A stretch of 64,000 bases of DNA from Eledone cirrhosa (taxonomy: Eukaryota): assembly GCA_964016885.1 (NCBI GenBank), contig OZ024742.1, forward strand, positions 197,904,001 to 197,968,000, given 5' to 3'. The notes under the pieces are model-generated. The model made no database searches, was not told the DNA's origin, and saw only the letters and a list, made by a program, of their open reading frames with translations. The translations under genes were made by a program, and so were the position numbers. Shown here piece after piece: positions 25,856 through 37,819 of this stretch (position 1 is its first letter; each line of letters opens with the position of its first letter).

Positions 25856-27765
25856 ATGCCAAAGTTAAAGTCAAATTCACCTCGTGGACGAGAATGCGAG
25901 CACTCCTCTTTGTTTCGTCCGCGGATGGCTAACATAACCCTATCTCCTCCCGCCCCCCACCACCCCCACCCTCCAAACGCAACCCAAAACTTCAGAGTTG
26001 GTACCATAAATGTAGGCACCCTAAAGGGTCGCGCTAACGAGGTTGTAGAAATGCTTGAACGTAAGGAGGTCGATGTTTGTTGTATTCAAGAGACCAGGTG
26101 GAGGGGTGGGTCTGCTAGATTCATTGAGGGTAAAAAACGATGTTATAAGCTTTTCTGGGTGGGAAACGACGATGGGCTGGGTGGAGTAGGAATCATGGTA
26201 GCAGAAAAGTGGGCAGATAAGATAATAGACGTAAATAGAGTGAACGACAGAATAATTAAAATAAGACTTGTCCTCAACAGAACTACGGTGACAGTAATAT
26301 CTGCGTACGCACCCCAATCCGGACTGCCCGGCACTATAAAAGACAGATTCTATGAGACACTGTTGCTAACTACCTCCCAAATATCTGACAGTGACTATAT
26401 AATTATTGCAGGCGACCTAAATGGTCACGTTGGACAACATTGTGACGGCTACGACGAAATCCATGGAGGCTATGGGTTTGGTACTGGAAATGAGGAAGGC
26501 TCCAGAATTCTGGAATACTGTGATGCAAATAACCTAACTATCTGTAACACTAACTTCAAAAAACGTGACAATCACCTGATTACCTATAGATCCGGGGAAC
26601 ACACAAGCCAGGTAGATTATATCCTTACCAGAAGACGTGACAGAGTGTCTGTTGTAAACACTAAATCCCTCCCCCATGAAGAATGCACCTCCCAACATAG
26701 ACTGATAATTAGCGACCTCACAGTCAGGACGAGACGTACCCGACAGCAGAAGAGGACTATCCTCAGGAGGAAAATATGGAAACTAAAGGACCCCACAGCC
26801 AGAAATAAATTTCAAAGCATATTACTTGATGCTTTCGACAGTAAGGAAGAGCATCTAGAATCGGACAATATAGAGGGACAGTGGAAATTTCTGAAAGCAA
26901 ACCTGCTGTTGGCGACAGACGAAGTCTGTGGCTGGAGCAGGCCTGTAGGCAGGAGGAGAGTAACATGGTGGTGGAACAATAGGGTGGAGGGGTCAATTAA
27001 GGCCAAAAAGCAGGCTTGGAAAGTATGGCGGGATGGGGGAAGTAGAGTAGACTATCAAGTGGCCAGGAGGGAAGCTAGGAGAGAAGTGTACTTAGCAAGA
27101 AGGGAAGCTGAGGAAAGAAAGTTCAAGCATGTTCTACAACGCGATGACCAAAAACGTGAGGTGTTCAGGATTGCCAGGCAATGCGTCAAGGAAAACCGTG
27201 ATATTGTCGGGGAGAAGTGTGTACTTAACGATGATGGCATACTTGCCATCACCGACACTGATAAGAAGGTAGCTTGGAAGTGTCACTATGAAAGGCTACT
27301 AAATGAGGAGAATAAATGGGAGAAAGACAGTCTCCCCCATATCGACCCGATAGAGGGACCAGCAGTGTTAGTCGAGGGGAGTATAATAAGTAAGGCAATC
27401 AAGGATATGAAGACTGGTAAGGCGGCTGGGCCTTCGGAAATAGTTGCTGAGATGCTGAAGGCATCTGGCACGGTGGGACACACCATGGTCACCCGCATAG
27501 TTAACCAAGTCGTACAGAATGGGGTTGTTCCGAAGGACTGGCATAGCAGCATCATCGTTAACTGTTATAAGGGTAAAGGAGACGCCCTAGATAGGAGTAA
27601 CTATAGAGGCATTAAATTAATCGACCAGGTCATGAAGGTCACGGAAAAAGTAATAGCGCAACTAATCAGAGAGAGAATTGATCTAGATGAAATGCAGTTC
27701 GGGTTTGTGTCAGGCAAAAGCACCACAGACGCTCTTTTCATAGTACGACAACTACAGGAGAAGTA
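25856..27765 (+). CDS. RTE-clade LINE ORF, 5' part: APE endonuclease and start of RT (element begins ~25790)
   Basis: [43 protein letters not shown] (APE); NYRGIKL, QFGFV (RT). Uninterrupted frame until the inversion. Confidence 0.9.
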
Positions 27766-28760
27766 TAATAGTGGTATAAGCTCTCTGAACTTTTTCCAAC
27801 CAGTTCTGACTCTAGCTACAGTACTTTCAGAGCACCCTCCCCCACTGCTGATTTTATCGCCCAGGTAACGGAAGCTGTCCACTATTTCTATAGAACCCTC
27901 TGCGCAATTGAAAGAGCTAGTATTTTGTGGGCACTTGCTGCTACTTATTGCACCAGAGCACCGGCCACATGTAAAGTCTATGTTCTTAGTTAGCTTACCT
28001 GTGATCCCACTACATCTTTTATGCACCCATACTTTGCATTTAGGACATAAGATGGAGTTTCTACCTACGCCTTTCCTACATACCGAGCACGACCATTTCC
28101 CAGAAGGGACCGCCGCCTTGTTTTCTTTCCTACAAACTAGAACTTTGGTCTTAGCCAGGTTAATTTTAAGTCCTTTTGACTCTAGGCCGTGCTTCCATGT
28201 TTGGAATTTCTTCTCTAGCTCGGCCATTGATTCCGCTATGCGTGTCAGGTCGTCTGCGTATAGGAGTTCCCATGGGCAGCCTGTCTTGAACTCCTCTGTT
28301 ATAGCCTGAAGGGCAATAATAAATAGTAGGGGGCTGAGAACAGAGCCCTGATGGACGCCAACTTTTACGCTAAACTCTTCACTATATTCGTTGTTAATTC
28401 TAACCTTGCTGACTGTTTCTTTATACATGGCTTGTATAGCCCTCACAAGCCATTCGTCAACGCCTAGTTTTCTAAGAGCCCACCAGATAATGGAGCGGGG
28501 GACTCTGTCGAAGGCTTTCTCCAGGTCGACAAAAGCTAAGTAGAGGGGTTTACCTTTAGCTAGGTACTTCTCCTGTAGTTGTCGTACTATGAAAAGAGCG
28601 TCTGTGGTACTTTTGCCTGACACAAACCCGAACTGCATTTCATCTAGGTCAATTCTCTCTCTGATTAGTTGCGCTATTACTTTTTCCGTGACCTTCATGA
28701 CCTGGTCGATTAATTTAATGCCTCTATAGTTACTCCTATCTAGGGCGTCTCCTTTACCCT
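27766..28760 (-). CDS. Inverted continuation of the RTE ORF: RT core and PHD finger, 3'-truncated
   Basis: [33 protein letters not shown]; C4HC3 motif CSVC..CPKC..H..C..CGRC; FRYLG. Confidence 0.9.
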
Positions 28761-28882
28761 ATATATATATGTATATGTGTGTGTATATACGCGTTATATG
28801 TCTGTATATATATTTGTATATTTATGTATAGGTCTGTGTATGTATGTGTATGTTTGTATATGTATGGATATATATATATGTG

Positions 28883-28935
<53 letters not shown>

Positions 28936-28974
28936 ATATGTATGTGTATATATGTATATATATGTATATATATG

Positions 28975-29007
<33 letters not shown>

Positions 29008-29054
29008 GTATGTATATATGTATGTGTATATATGTATATATATGTATATATATG

Positions 29055-29206
<152 letters not shown>

Positions 29207-29312
29207 AATATTTATACATATGTATACTCGTGTTTGTATGTATGCGTGTGAGTGTATTTATTTGTGTATATATGTATGTGTGTGTGTATGTATGTGTATG
29301 TGTGTGTGTATC

Positions 29313-29387
<75 letters not shown>

Positions 29388-29392
29388 ATCTG

Positions 29393-29437
<45 letters not shown>

Positions 29438-29546
29438 ATATGTCTATATATATAACGAAGGAAATGTGGTAAGGAACCAGGTGGACCATAACGCACCAAA
29501 GTACTCGATACTTGAGGTAGTAGAGTGGGTAATAGGAACCAGTAAG

Positions 29547-29640
29547 ACCCCGACAGCTGAGCTCAAGCCGTTTCGACGGCTAATTCTGGACTAAATGAAC
29601 ATTTATCCTGGTATTTAAATAGCCGATCTTCTCAAGGGGT
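29547..29640 (-). ncRNA. Hammerhead ribozyme, U3-A8 core variant, in the 3' terminal region of the PLE
   Basis: Minus strand: acccc-TTGAGAA-gatcggcta...tagccgtc-GAAA-cggct(tgagctc)agctg-TC-ggggt; all three stems pair; GUC cleavage triplet. Confidence 0.8.
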
Positions 29641-30737
29641 AATTCCATATATGGTCAAAGTGATTGTCAAAAATCAGTAGTAATTCTGTGGTTGCAAATT
29701 AGTAGGGGAGATGGTGGCTAAACCTGCCAGTAGGAGAAAGAGGGGAGGGGGTGGAGTAGACCCAATCAAGCGTTGGTAGTGCCAGCTACAGCTGGGCATG
29801 AGGTCAAAGAAGATACAGGGGAGGGGGAGGGGGAGGAAGTCGGAACGGTAGGTAGAACAATGGGGGGTAGAAATAGGAAAGAAAAAATACCGAGAGTGAA
29901 GAAAAGCAAATAAGTGTAAAGAAAAAATTAAATTCTACGACCTAGGTGTCAGGCTATTGTTAGGCGAGAATAAAATAAAGAAAGAAAGAAAGAAGTAAAT
30001 AAATAAATAAATAAATAAATAAGGAAATAAGTATAGAACTAGGTGGGACGAATTAGGCAAGGACCCTTTTAAGAGGTATAAGTACGTAAATGATACGGTG
30101 ACTGGTCAACAAAAGGGGCCAAAATACTAAAGAGACTACCACGAAATAAACAATAAAGGTTTCCATCCCGGGCCAGCAACGACCCAGTGCAGCAAAGTGA
30201 ACTTGTACGACATAATAATTCTGAGTCCCGAGAAAAATATATACTAATGCTAACTCTAAAAGATCTAAAACAAGCTACATGAAAGTTCGTACGAAATAAA
30301 GGTAGAATACGGAGAAATAAGTTCAGAATCCACCCCGCCCAGAAGAAAAGCGAAGCAAGAAATACTGAAACGAAAAAATAAGGCATAAGTGCCACTAAGA
30401 AATGTAGAGGGCACAGAGAATAGTGGGAGCGGTCGGAAAAGGGGGGCAAGTATCCGGGGTCTAAGCCAACTGCTATAAAGGGCGGAGTCCGCCAAATCTA
30501 TCAAAGACTAGGGGAGGGGGGAGTGGGGGTACTAAGGCTACATGGGGCCAAAGGGCAGCCTCGGGTGGGCGAGAAAAGACGCCGACAAAGGAGAAGAGCT
30601 AGGGTAGAAGGACAAAGGAGAGAGGGGGGAAGGAAATAAAGGATGCGATAAAAGAATACAAAGAAGATCTTACGTCTTCCTTGGCAAGCATGGGTTACCC
30701 ATTGCAAAATCGGCAACTGGGGTGTTATAGCCCTAGT

Positions 30738-32138
30738 CTAACCCCCCGGGTCATTATGGGGTTTGAGGGCGAGGTAAGTCCTACGCAATCTATGTTTACA
30801 TGCAGTAACCAGTTCATCTTTCTTGTTTAGGAGTTGGTCCGTCGAAAACAGCATTTGTAAAGTTTCCTCCGAGCATAAATTGCACGGACGGCGTCCTCCC
30901 GTGTAAGAATTGGCTCTGGACAGTAATCTCCAAGTGAGATCATAGGTGATGTTATTGTCCTTGAGGTCCCATATGTGGCCCGAAAGTGTAGTGGCGTGAC
31001 GCCGGGCCGGGTTTCGGAAGGTATGTCTATGTTGGTATAGCCGGGTCTTGAAGTCACATGCGGTAAGTCCTATATAGGCTTTGTTGGAGGTATCCGTCCT
31101 CACGTTGCACTGGTAGATCACATTACGGTCTCTGCATCTATTGTCGAGTGGGCAAATAGATCTATCCGGGCAGTTACACCTCCTGGTCGGTTCTCCACTG
31201 CTATTTAGGTTATTTCTGCCATCGGGGTTGAGTTTTTTGTTGTTAGAGGAGACGATGTTTTGTGCGAAGTTTGGTGTAGTGCTGTAAGAGAGTTTGATGG
31301 TATTTTTGTTAATTATGTTGTGGTAGCGGTGTTGTAATGGGAAGTGTTTTTCAATGAGCCTAAAGAATAGTTTCCCGATGGGAGTAGTCACCTCTGCGTT
31401 GTGGGGAGGATTGAACCATGTTACATTGCGTGAGCGGCGGTGTCTCCTGCTGGTTCCGCTAATGGGATCTGGACAGTAGGATATTTCCTCCCGGAAACCA
31501 CTCCGCTTGAGGGCCTGGTTGTAATAAGGCGCATGTTCATCGAATATCCGCTCATTAGCTGACAAACGGGATATGCGGAGGGAGATGTTTTTGACCAGGT
31601 TGTTTGTGATGTTCCTAGGATGGTTTGATCGGCGGTGGATGTAGTGCAGATTGTCATTAGGTTTCCTGTATGGGTAGTACAGGTCGTTTTCGAGGTCGAG
31701 GGTTACGTCCAGGAAGTTTACTCGGGTCAGGGACGTTTGTAGGGTTATTTTAAATCCCCAGTCGCGGAAGAATCTGATTAATTGTTTCCGGACCCGATCT
31801 GTACTACTGGGGTTGTACCCTTTAAGGGTAAGGAGCCCATCATCACGGTACAATCCACCACCGAATGCAGGAAACATATCAGTGAGTTTGGCTATTAGGA
31901 ATAATCCTATAAGATCAGTGACCTCCGCCGAATCCGTGGCGCCCATGCTGACGTCGAAGGGTGAGTCGGGAGCTCTTTTTATCCATTTAGAGTCGTCAAA
32001 GAGTAAGACTGTCTTCCTGGCGTGGAGGATGATTTTTCTTTCCTGGTCGGTGATGGGCACGAGTGTTTCGGCGAAGTCCAAGGCGGCAGTAAGTAGCGGT
32101 AAGGTGATTGAAGCATAGTAGCTCTCTATGTCGAACTG
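30738..32138 (-). CDS. Penelope-like element (Naiad-like), 5'-truncated RT + GIY-YIG; 3' UTR/pLTR extends to ~29455
   Basis: FDIESYYASI, FDVSMGATDSAE, LYRDDGL, VNFLDVTL, WFNPP, CNCPDRSICPLDNRC, VIYQC..KAYIGLT, CNLCSEE; open frame to the stop. Confidence 0.9.
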   Translation of the reverse strand, partial: QFDIESYYASITLPLLTAALDFAETLVPITDQERKIILHARKTVLLFDDSKWIKRAPDSPFDVSMGATDSAEVTDLIGLFLIAKLTDMFPAFGGGLYRDDGLLTLKGYNPSSTDRVRKQLIRFFRDWGFKITLQTSLTRVNFLDVTLDLENDLYYPYRKPNDNLHYIHRRSNHPRNITNNLVKNISLRISRLSANERIFDEHAPYYNQALKRSGFREEISYCPDPISGTSRRHRRSRNVTWFNPPHNAEVTTPIGKLFFRLIEKHFPLQHRYHNIINKNTIKLSYSTTPNFAQNIVSSNNKKLNPDGRNNLNSSGEPTRRCNCPDRSICPLDNRCRDRNVIYQCNVRTDTSNKAYIGLTACDFKTRLYQHRHTFRNPARRHATTLSGHIWDLKDNNITYDLTWRLLSRANSYTGGRRPCNLCSEETLQMLFSTDQLLNKKDELVTACKHRLRRTYLALKPHNDPGG

Positions 32139-33136
32139 TATGAATATATGTATATATATGTATATGTGTATATGTATTGTATATGTATGTATGTATGTAT
32201 GTGTGTATACATACATACATACATATACAATACATATACACATATACATATATATACATATATTCATACAGTTCGATGATGATGATGATGATATAAGTAT
32301 GTAGAAGTTATATTTAATTTGTTGGGATACAACAAGTGGATTGACAGTATCGGTAGAGGGTCGAACGCCATGCTCTGACGCATAGTTACGGCCCTTGCCA
32401 TTCTGAGTTCAAATCCCGCCGAGGTTACATACTTATATCATCATCATCATCGAACTGTATGAATATATGTATATATATGTATATGTGTATATGTATTGTA
32501 TATGTATGTATGTATGTATGTGTGTATGTATGTGTGTGTACATGAATATATATTTATATATTTTTTATATGTGTGTGTGTTTTTATGTGTGTATATGTGT
32601 TTGTGTGTGTGTTTATGGTTGTGCGTAAGTGTGTGAGTGAGTATGTGTTTTTTTGTTTTTTTGTTTTTTTGTGAATGTGTCTGTTGATTTTTGGCATATA
32701 GTTGATTAGTTTAAGAGAAGTTTGAAGATAATAGTAAGATATGCACTCAGTATTTTGAATCTGTCTGCAGAATTCTCTGGACCTTTGTCACTTAGTAGAA
32801 CCTTAATGACTTTAGCTTTTAAAGAATCTCCCTTCTCTTTAATTCTATCGACCATGATTGACCCCCTCTGACTTTATAGACATCTGTTAGCTTAAGAGAA
32901 ACTTATTGACAAGGAATGGTATGCCATCCGGAACCTGTTTATAGAATTCTGTCTGCCTTTGTTACTCTAAAAACATAAATAAATATAAATAAAAATAAAA
33001 ATAAACTATAGCTTTGTAGAATTAGCTTTTAATGAATTCCCTTTTCTATCAACCAATGACCTGCACCCATCCCACTCCCCACCCTCTCCTACCACTTGTA
33101 GAGACCTATAAATACCATATTTATTTTTTGATACCC

Positions 33137-33187
33137 AGATTCCTGATGATTTCTAATGAATGAAACAGTTCTAGTCCTGTAGAATCT
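33137..33187 (+). ncRNA. Hammerhead ribozyme (type I)
   Basis: agattc-CTGATGA-tttc taat gaat-GAAA-cag..ctg-TA-gaatct; stems I and III perfect, stem II short with a U.U closing pair. Confidence 0.75.
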
Positions 33188-33269
33188 CTTCTATATTAAA
33201 ACTGTTATACTCTGCTATGTATTGAGTACCTTACTTACTGTGGTTACCTCCGATTCAACCCGGAATAAC

Positions 33270-33304
<35 letters not shown>

Positions 33305-33310
<6 letters not shown>

Positions 33311-33640
33311 ATATTAACAAATGGGAACTATATTTATAAAACCATATTTATTTCAAGGACACCAAAGCAAATTATGGTGCGCTTTCATCAGATAAAATAT
33401 AATATAGATCAGTTTTATAAACAAATATTGACATACCTTTAAAGAATGTAACCATGTCGGTTGGAAGCTCCCGACATGGTTGCATTCTTTAAGGGTATGT
33501 CAATATTTGTTTATAAAACTGATCTATATTATATTTTATCTGATGAAAGCGCACCATAATTTGCTTTGGTGTCCTTGAAATATGTATAATGAAATAAGTA
33601 TTGTTTTATAAATATTGTTTCCATTTATTAATATATTGTA
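33305..33640. repeat. Palindrome of pLTR-like family P1
   Basis: Arms of ~155-170 bp around the loop ttggaagctc (33461-33470). Confidence 0.9.
33532..33596 (+). ncRNA. Hammerhead ribozyme (family P1)
   Basis: tattttat-CTGATGA-aagcgcacca/tggtgtcctt-GAAA-tatgta-TA-atgaaata; 8-bp stem I. Confidence 0.8.
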
Positions 33641-33691
33641 TTTTTACTCCAAAAATTTGTTGAGTGCTTTACATCAATTATAATAATTTTT

Positions 33692-33868
33692 TCTACTTTT
33701 GGCACAAGGCCAGCAATTTCCCAGTGTATTACTGGTACTTTATTTTGTCCACCCCGTAAGGATGAAAGGCAAAGTTAACCTCGGCGGGATTTGAACTCAG
33801 AATGGCAAGGGCCGTAACTATGCGTCAGAGCATGGCGTTCGACCCTCTACCGATACTGTCAATCCACT
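33692..33868 (-). mobile_element. SINE family A inserted in the P1 pLTR
   Basis: Minus strand: ...gagttcaaatcccgccgaggttaactttgcctttcatcc... It interrupts sequence that is contiguous at 22168-22260. Confidence 0.75.
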
Positions 33869-33912
33869 TGTTGTATCCCAACAAATTAAATATAACTTCT
33901 ACATACTTATAT

Positions 33913-34118
33913 CATCATCATCATTTAACGTCCGTGTTCCACGCTTGCATGGGTTTGGACGGGGGTTTTCCCACTTGAGGCAAGAGTGATTGTCTTGCTC
34001 GCATAGGACTGTCTGGCGGGTTTTCTACAGCTGGATGCCCTTCCTAACACCAACCACATTTACAGTGTGGGGCTGGGAGGTTTTTACCGTGTTGCCTACA
34101 TGGCCACATTACAGCGTG

Positions 34119-34120
<2 letters not shown>
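33913..34120 (-). mobile_element. RTE-tail-type repeat
   Basis: catcatcatttaacgtccgtgttccacgcttgcatggg...ctggatgcccttcctaacacc. Confidence 0.65.
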
Positions 34121-34168
<48 letters not shown>

Positions 34169-34711
34169 TCGCGCGCGCGCTAACTCCAGAGTAACAGGCT
34201 AACTTGGCCTTGATAAAGAATATTAATCTAAAATATGATATTGAGTACTCATTCCCACATTTCTATGCGTGTGTCTATGTATATTGTGTGTGTGTCTGTG
34301 TATATATGCCGTTTGCTTTTTATTTGTTTTATACACACACGCATACACATTCAAATTTTCGAGTACTGGATAGACAAGTGCTTATTTTTAAACTGCAATA
34401 AATCATAATATATAGAACCGTTTAAAAATCGGAGGGATATGAAAGATGCAATGCTCAAATGCCAGTCGAGGAGGCATTTTTGTTTTTCGTGCTTCTTCTG
34501 GAGTCGCTAGAAGTATTCGTCAAGTAATGGGTGTCGTTTTAATCGGCTTTCCCCTTTCCCCTCAAATTTCTGACAGTTTCGTTTTTTACGTAACTGTGTT
34601 TGGCCAAACCCACATGTTTATATATTTTATTGTTTTTGTTTTGTTTTTATTTCTGTGCGAGCCGCTACAGTTAATAAAGAAAAAACATGACTTTTTTTTT
34701 TTTTTTTTTTG

Positions 34712-35110
34712 TAGAATCGTTGGAGCATCAGAGAAAATGCTTTGCGGCATTTGTTCTGAGTTCAAATTCCGCCGAAGTCAACTTTATATTTCAACCTTCT
34801 GGAAATGGTAAAATAAAGTACCAATCAAATACTGGGGTCGATATAATCAGCTTTTCCTTTCCATCTAATTTCTGGTCTTTTGTCTAAATTAAAAAGCATT
34901 ATTAAGGCAGCTGATTAGCAGAATCGTTAGAGCGTCGGTCGAAATGCTTTACAGCTCTTTAAATTCGGAGTTCAAATCCCGCAGAAATGAATTCTGCCTT
35001 TCTTCCTCCTGGGATCGATATAATATAGAACCAGTTAAGCACTGTGATCGATGTAATTAACTTACCCTCCCCTAACACAAAAAATCCTGGTGTTATGCCC
35101 AAATGAAAAA
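34712..35110 (+). mobile_element. Two tandem SINE family A copies
   Basis: agaatcgtt...gagttcaaattcc (34712-34895) and gcagaatcgttag...gagttcaaatccc (34905-35110). Confidence 0.7.
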
Positions 35111-35720
35111 TCGTTAATATTTTATTGTATGGCCAAGTTTAATTTTAAACATATACTATATATATATTTTCGATTCTATTTTTGAAAACTAAAGCAAAAC
35201 ATAAATTTATGAAATAAAAAGACAACCATGGGGGTCCTCTTTTATATTTAATTCTTTTTTTTTTTAATTTATTGATGAATAATTAAAACGTTCTCTCGGG
35301 TTCGATCAGCAAATATAATCAATCTATATGGATAATAGATAGTTGAATTGTTGCTGTTGTTGCCGAGTGCATATATTAGCTAGGAAAGAGAAAGACAGAA
35401 AGGGAAGGTCTGTCTATCTAATCGTTGTTCAGATTTGCTAATAAACAAACACATACGTATGCATACACATACACACATGCATGTATATGTACATATATAC
35501 ACGTATAATAATAGATGTACACAGGTCACAAACAATGCGACGAAAATTGTGTGTGTATATATATATATATACATACACACACATGCACATACAAATAGAA
35601 CGCAAGTGTATTTCTGCAGGTTAGCGAGGGCTAACGAATTTTGTCGAACAGTAATAATTCAACAAGTATTTATATTATTACTGCGACAGAATGAGGATTG
35701 AATGCCTCTAATCTTACTAA

Positions 35721-35722
<2 letters not shown>

Positions 35723-35784
<62 letters not shown>

Positions 35785-35872
35785 TGTGGTGTGTGTGTGG
35801 TGTGTGTGTGTGTGTGGTGTGTGGTGTGGTGTGTGGTGTGTGTGTGGTGTGTGTGGTGTGTGTGGTGTGTGT

Positions 35873-35968
<96 letters not shown>

Positions 35969-35993
35969 TGTATATTTGCGTGTGTGTGTGTGT
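35723..35993. repeat. (GT)n microsatellite
   Basis: Seen directly in the sequence. Confidence 0.95.
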
Positions 35994-36833
35994 GTTATAC
36001 AGTTTGACATGGCTCTTTTTTTTCATTACGGAACTGTTTAGCGACCGTAAATACGACAAACACGATACGATTAAAAATATGTCAAACTGTTAATATAAAT
36101 ATCATCAACTTCCACATTGTGTTGAGTGCTCCTGTCGGTTGTGTGTATTAAGACGTGTGTGTGTACACATACATATTCAAAGGTGTGTGTCTACAACTGT
36201 TCTACTCGGTGATCTAACTTATGTATCGCATATCTAGTGAAGTTCATGATGCATAACATTTAAATTCGCGTGTGTGTATGTATGTGTATAAATATATAGC
36301 CTGCGTGTAGACATGTATAATGTATATATGCGTGTGTGCGCGTGCGTAAAAATGAAAGCTACGTCTCCGGAATGGTGATGGTGCAGCGGTGGTTTGTTTG
36401 TGAGCGTGCCACAAGTGTAATCTTAGGGAGAACGAGAGCGAGTGTGCGCGCGCAAACAGTCAGCAGTGTTAGGTGTTGAAGAGAATGTGTTTGATGCCTA
36501 TATATATATATAATGTGTGTGTAAGCGAGTGTATGTATATATAAATATATGTGCATACGTGTGTGTGTTTATAGGCGAGTATATATATATGTACATTTGT
36601 GCAACATATATGAGACTATGCACCTGTATGCATACGGCTGTGTGTGAATGTTTATATGCCAGTATTTATACGTGTGTTTGTATGCATGTATATATATGTA
36701 TATCTAACAAACGTTTCTATACGTATAGCATACAAACGAGAGTATACGTGTATGCAAGTATATATACGTATATGCAATATTAGAGTTTGTATATATTTAA
36801 TTCCTAAGCCGAAATACGATTCTCGCTAATTTA

Positions 36834-36889
<56 letters not shown>

Positions 36890-37671
36890 GCAAACTAGTA
36901 TCTGTGTGTGTGTACAAATATATATACGTATTTGCAGTATAAATGAGAGTGTGTATATGTGCATACGAGAGTATCTATACGTGAGTGTATCGATACGTTT
37001 GTGCAACATAAGTGAGACGATGTTGTGTGTGTACATACGAAAGTATGTATGTGTGTGTTGAAGTGGTCGGGAATTGAGAGCGAATAGTCGGTGTCGTGGC
37101 TGCCAGCAAGGCGACAAAGACAAAATCTGGCTGCACCGAGTTGATGCTACCAACACCACCACCACTAGTAAATGTATAGAATGGCTGATGCCACCACTAC
37201 CACATTCACTATTACTTGTATAGAGTGGTTAACGCCACTACCACCGCCACTATTATTATTACTACAACTACTTGTGTAGAATACCTGCACACAATCCTAG
37301 ACATCCACCAACACCACTACCAATACATATATAGAGTGGTTGATGCTAGCACCACTACAACCATTACTACTCCTTGTATAGAATACCTGCACACACACAC
37401 AATCTTAGACATCCACTACCACCACCAGGCCCTACATACACAACATAACACTACCACTAGCATCAGACACTTCATATACAAAATACAATACAGATTATGT
37501 GAAGACAGCGATCTCACTCTCTCCCTCTACACTTCACTGTAGTTGATGGTTTAAACGTTGACACTGAAAAACAAACACACACATGTATATAGATATATAT
37601 AGCAACAGGTCTGCTATATATATATTTATTTACTCCATAATATAGCTACCTTGTATTTGAATATATATATA

Positions 37672-37765
37672 TAATCCCCTAAAAATGTTACACACTTTGA
37701 TTACCTGTACAGGCAATATTTATTAGAATGTTGTAGAAGTGTGTATACATTTTTGAGGACACCCA

Positions 37766-37768
<3 letters not shown>
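37672..37768. mobile_element. Small Tc1/mariner-type MITE relic
   Basis: Inverted ends cctaaaaatgttacacactt / aagtgtgtatacatttttgaggacacccagTA. Confidence 0.45.

Positions 37769-37819
<51 letters not shown>

Noticed and set aside
30738-32138. Selenoprotein-type Naiad (UGA recoding with SECIS)
   Set aside because: The conserved Cys positions are ordinary Cys codons, there is no in-frame UGA, and no SECIS was recognised; the same holds for 55667-56332.
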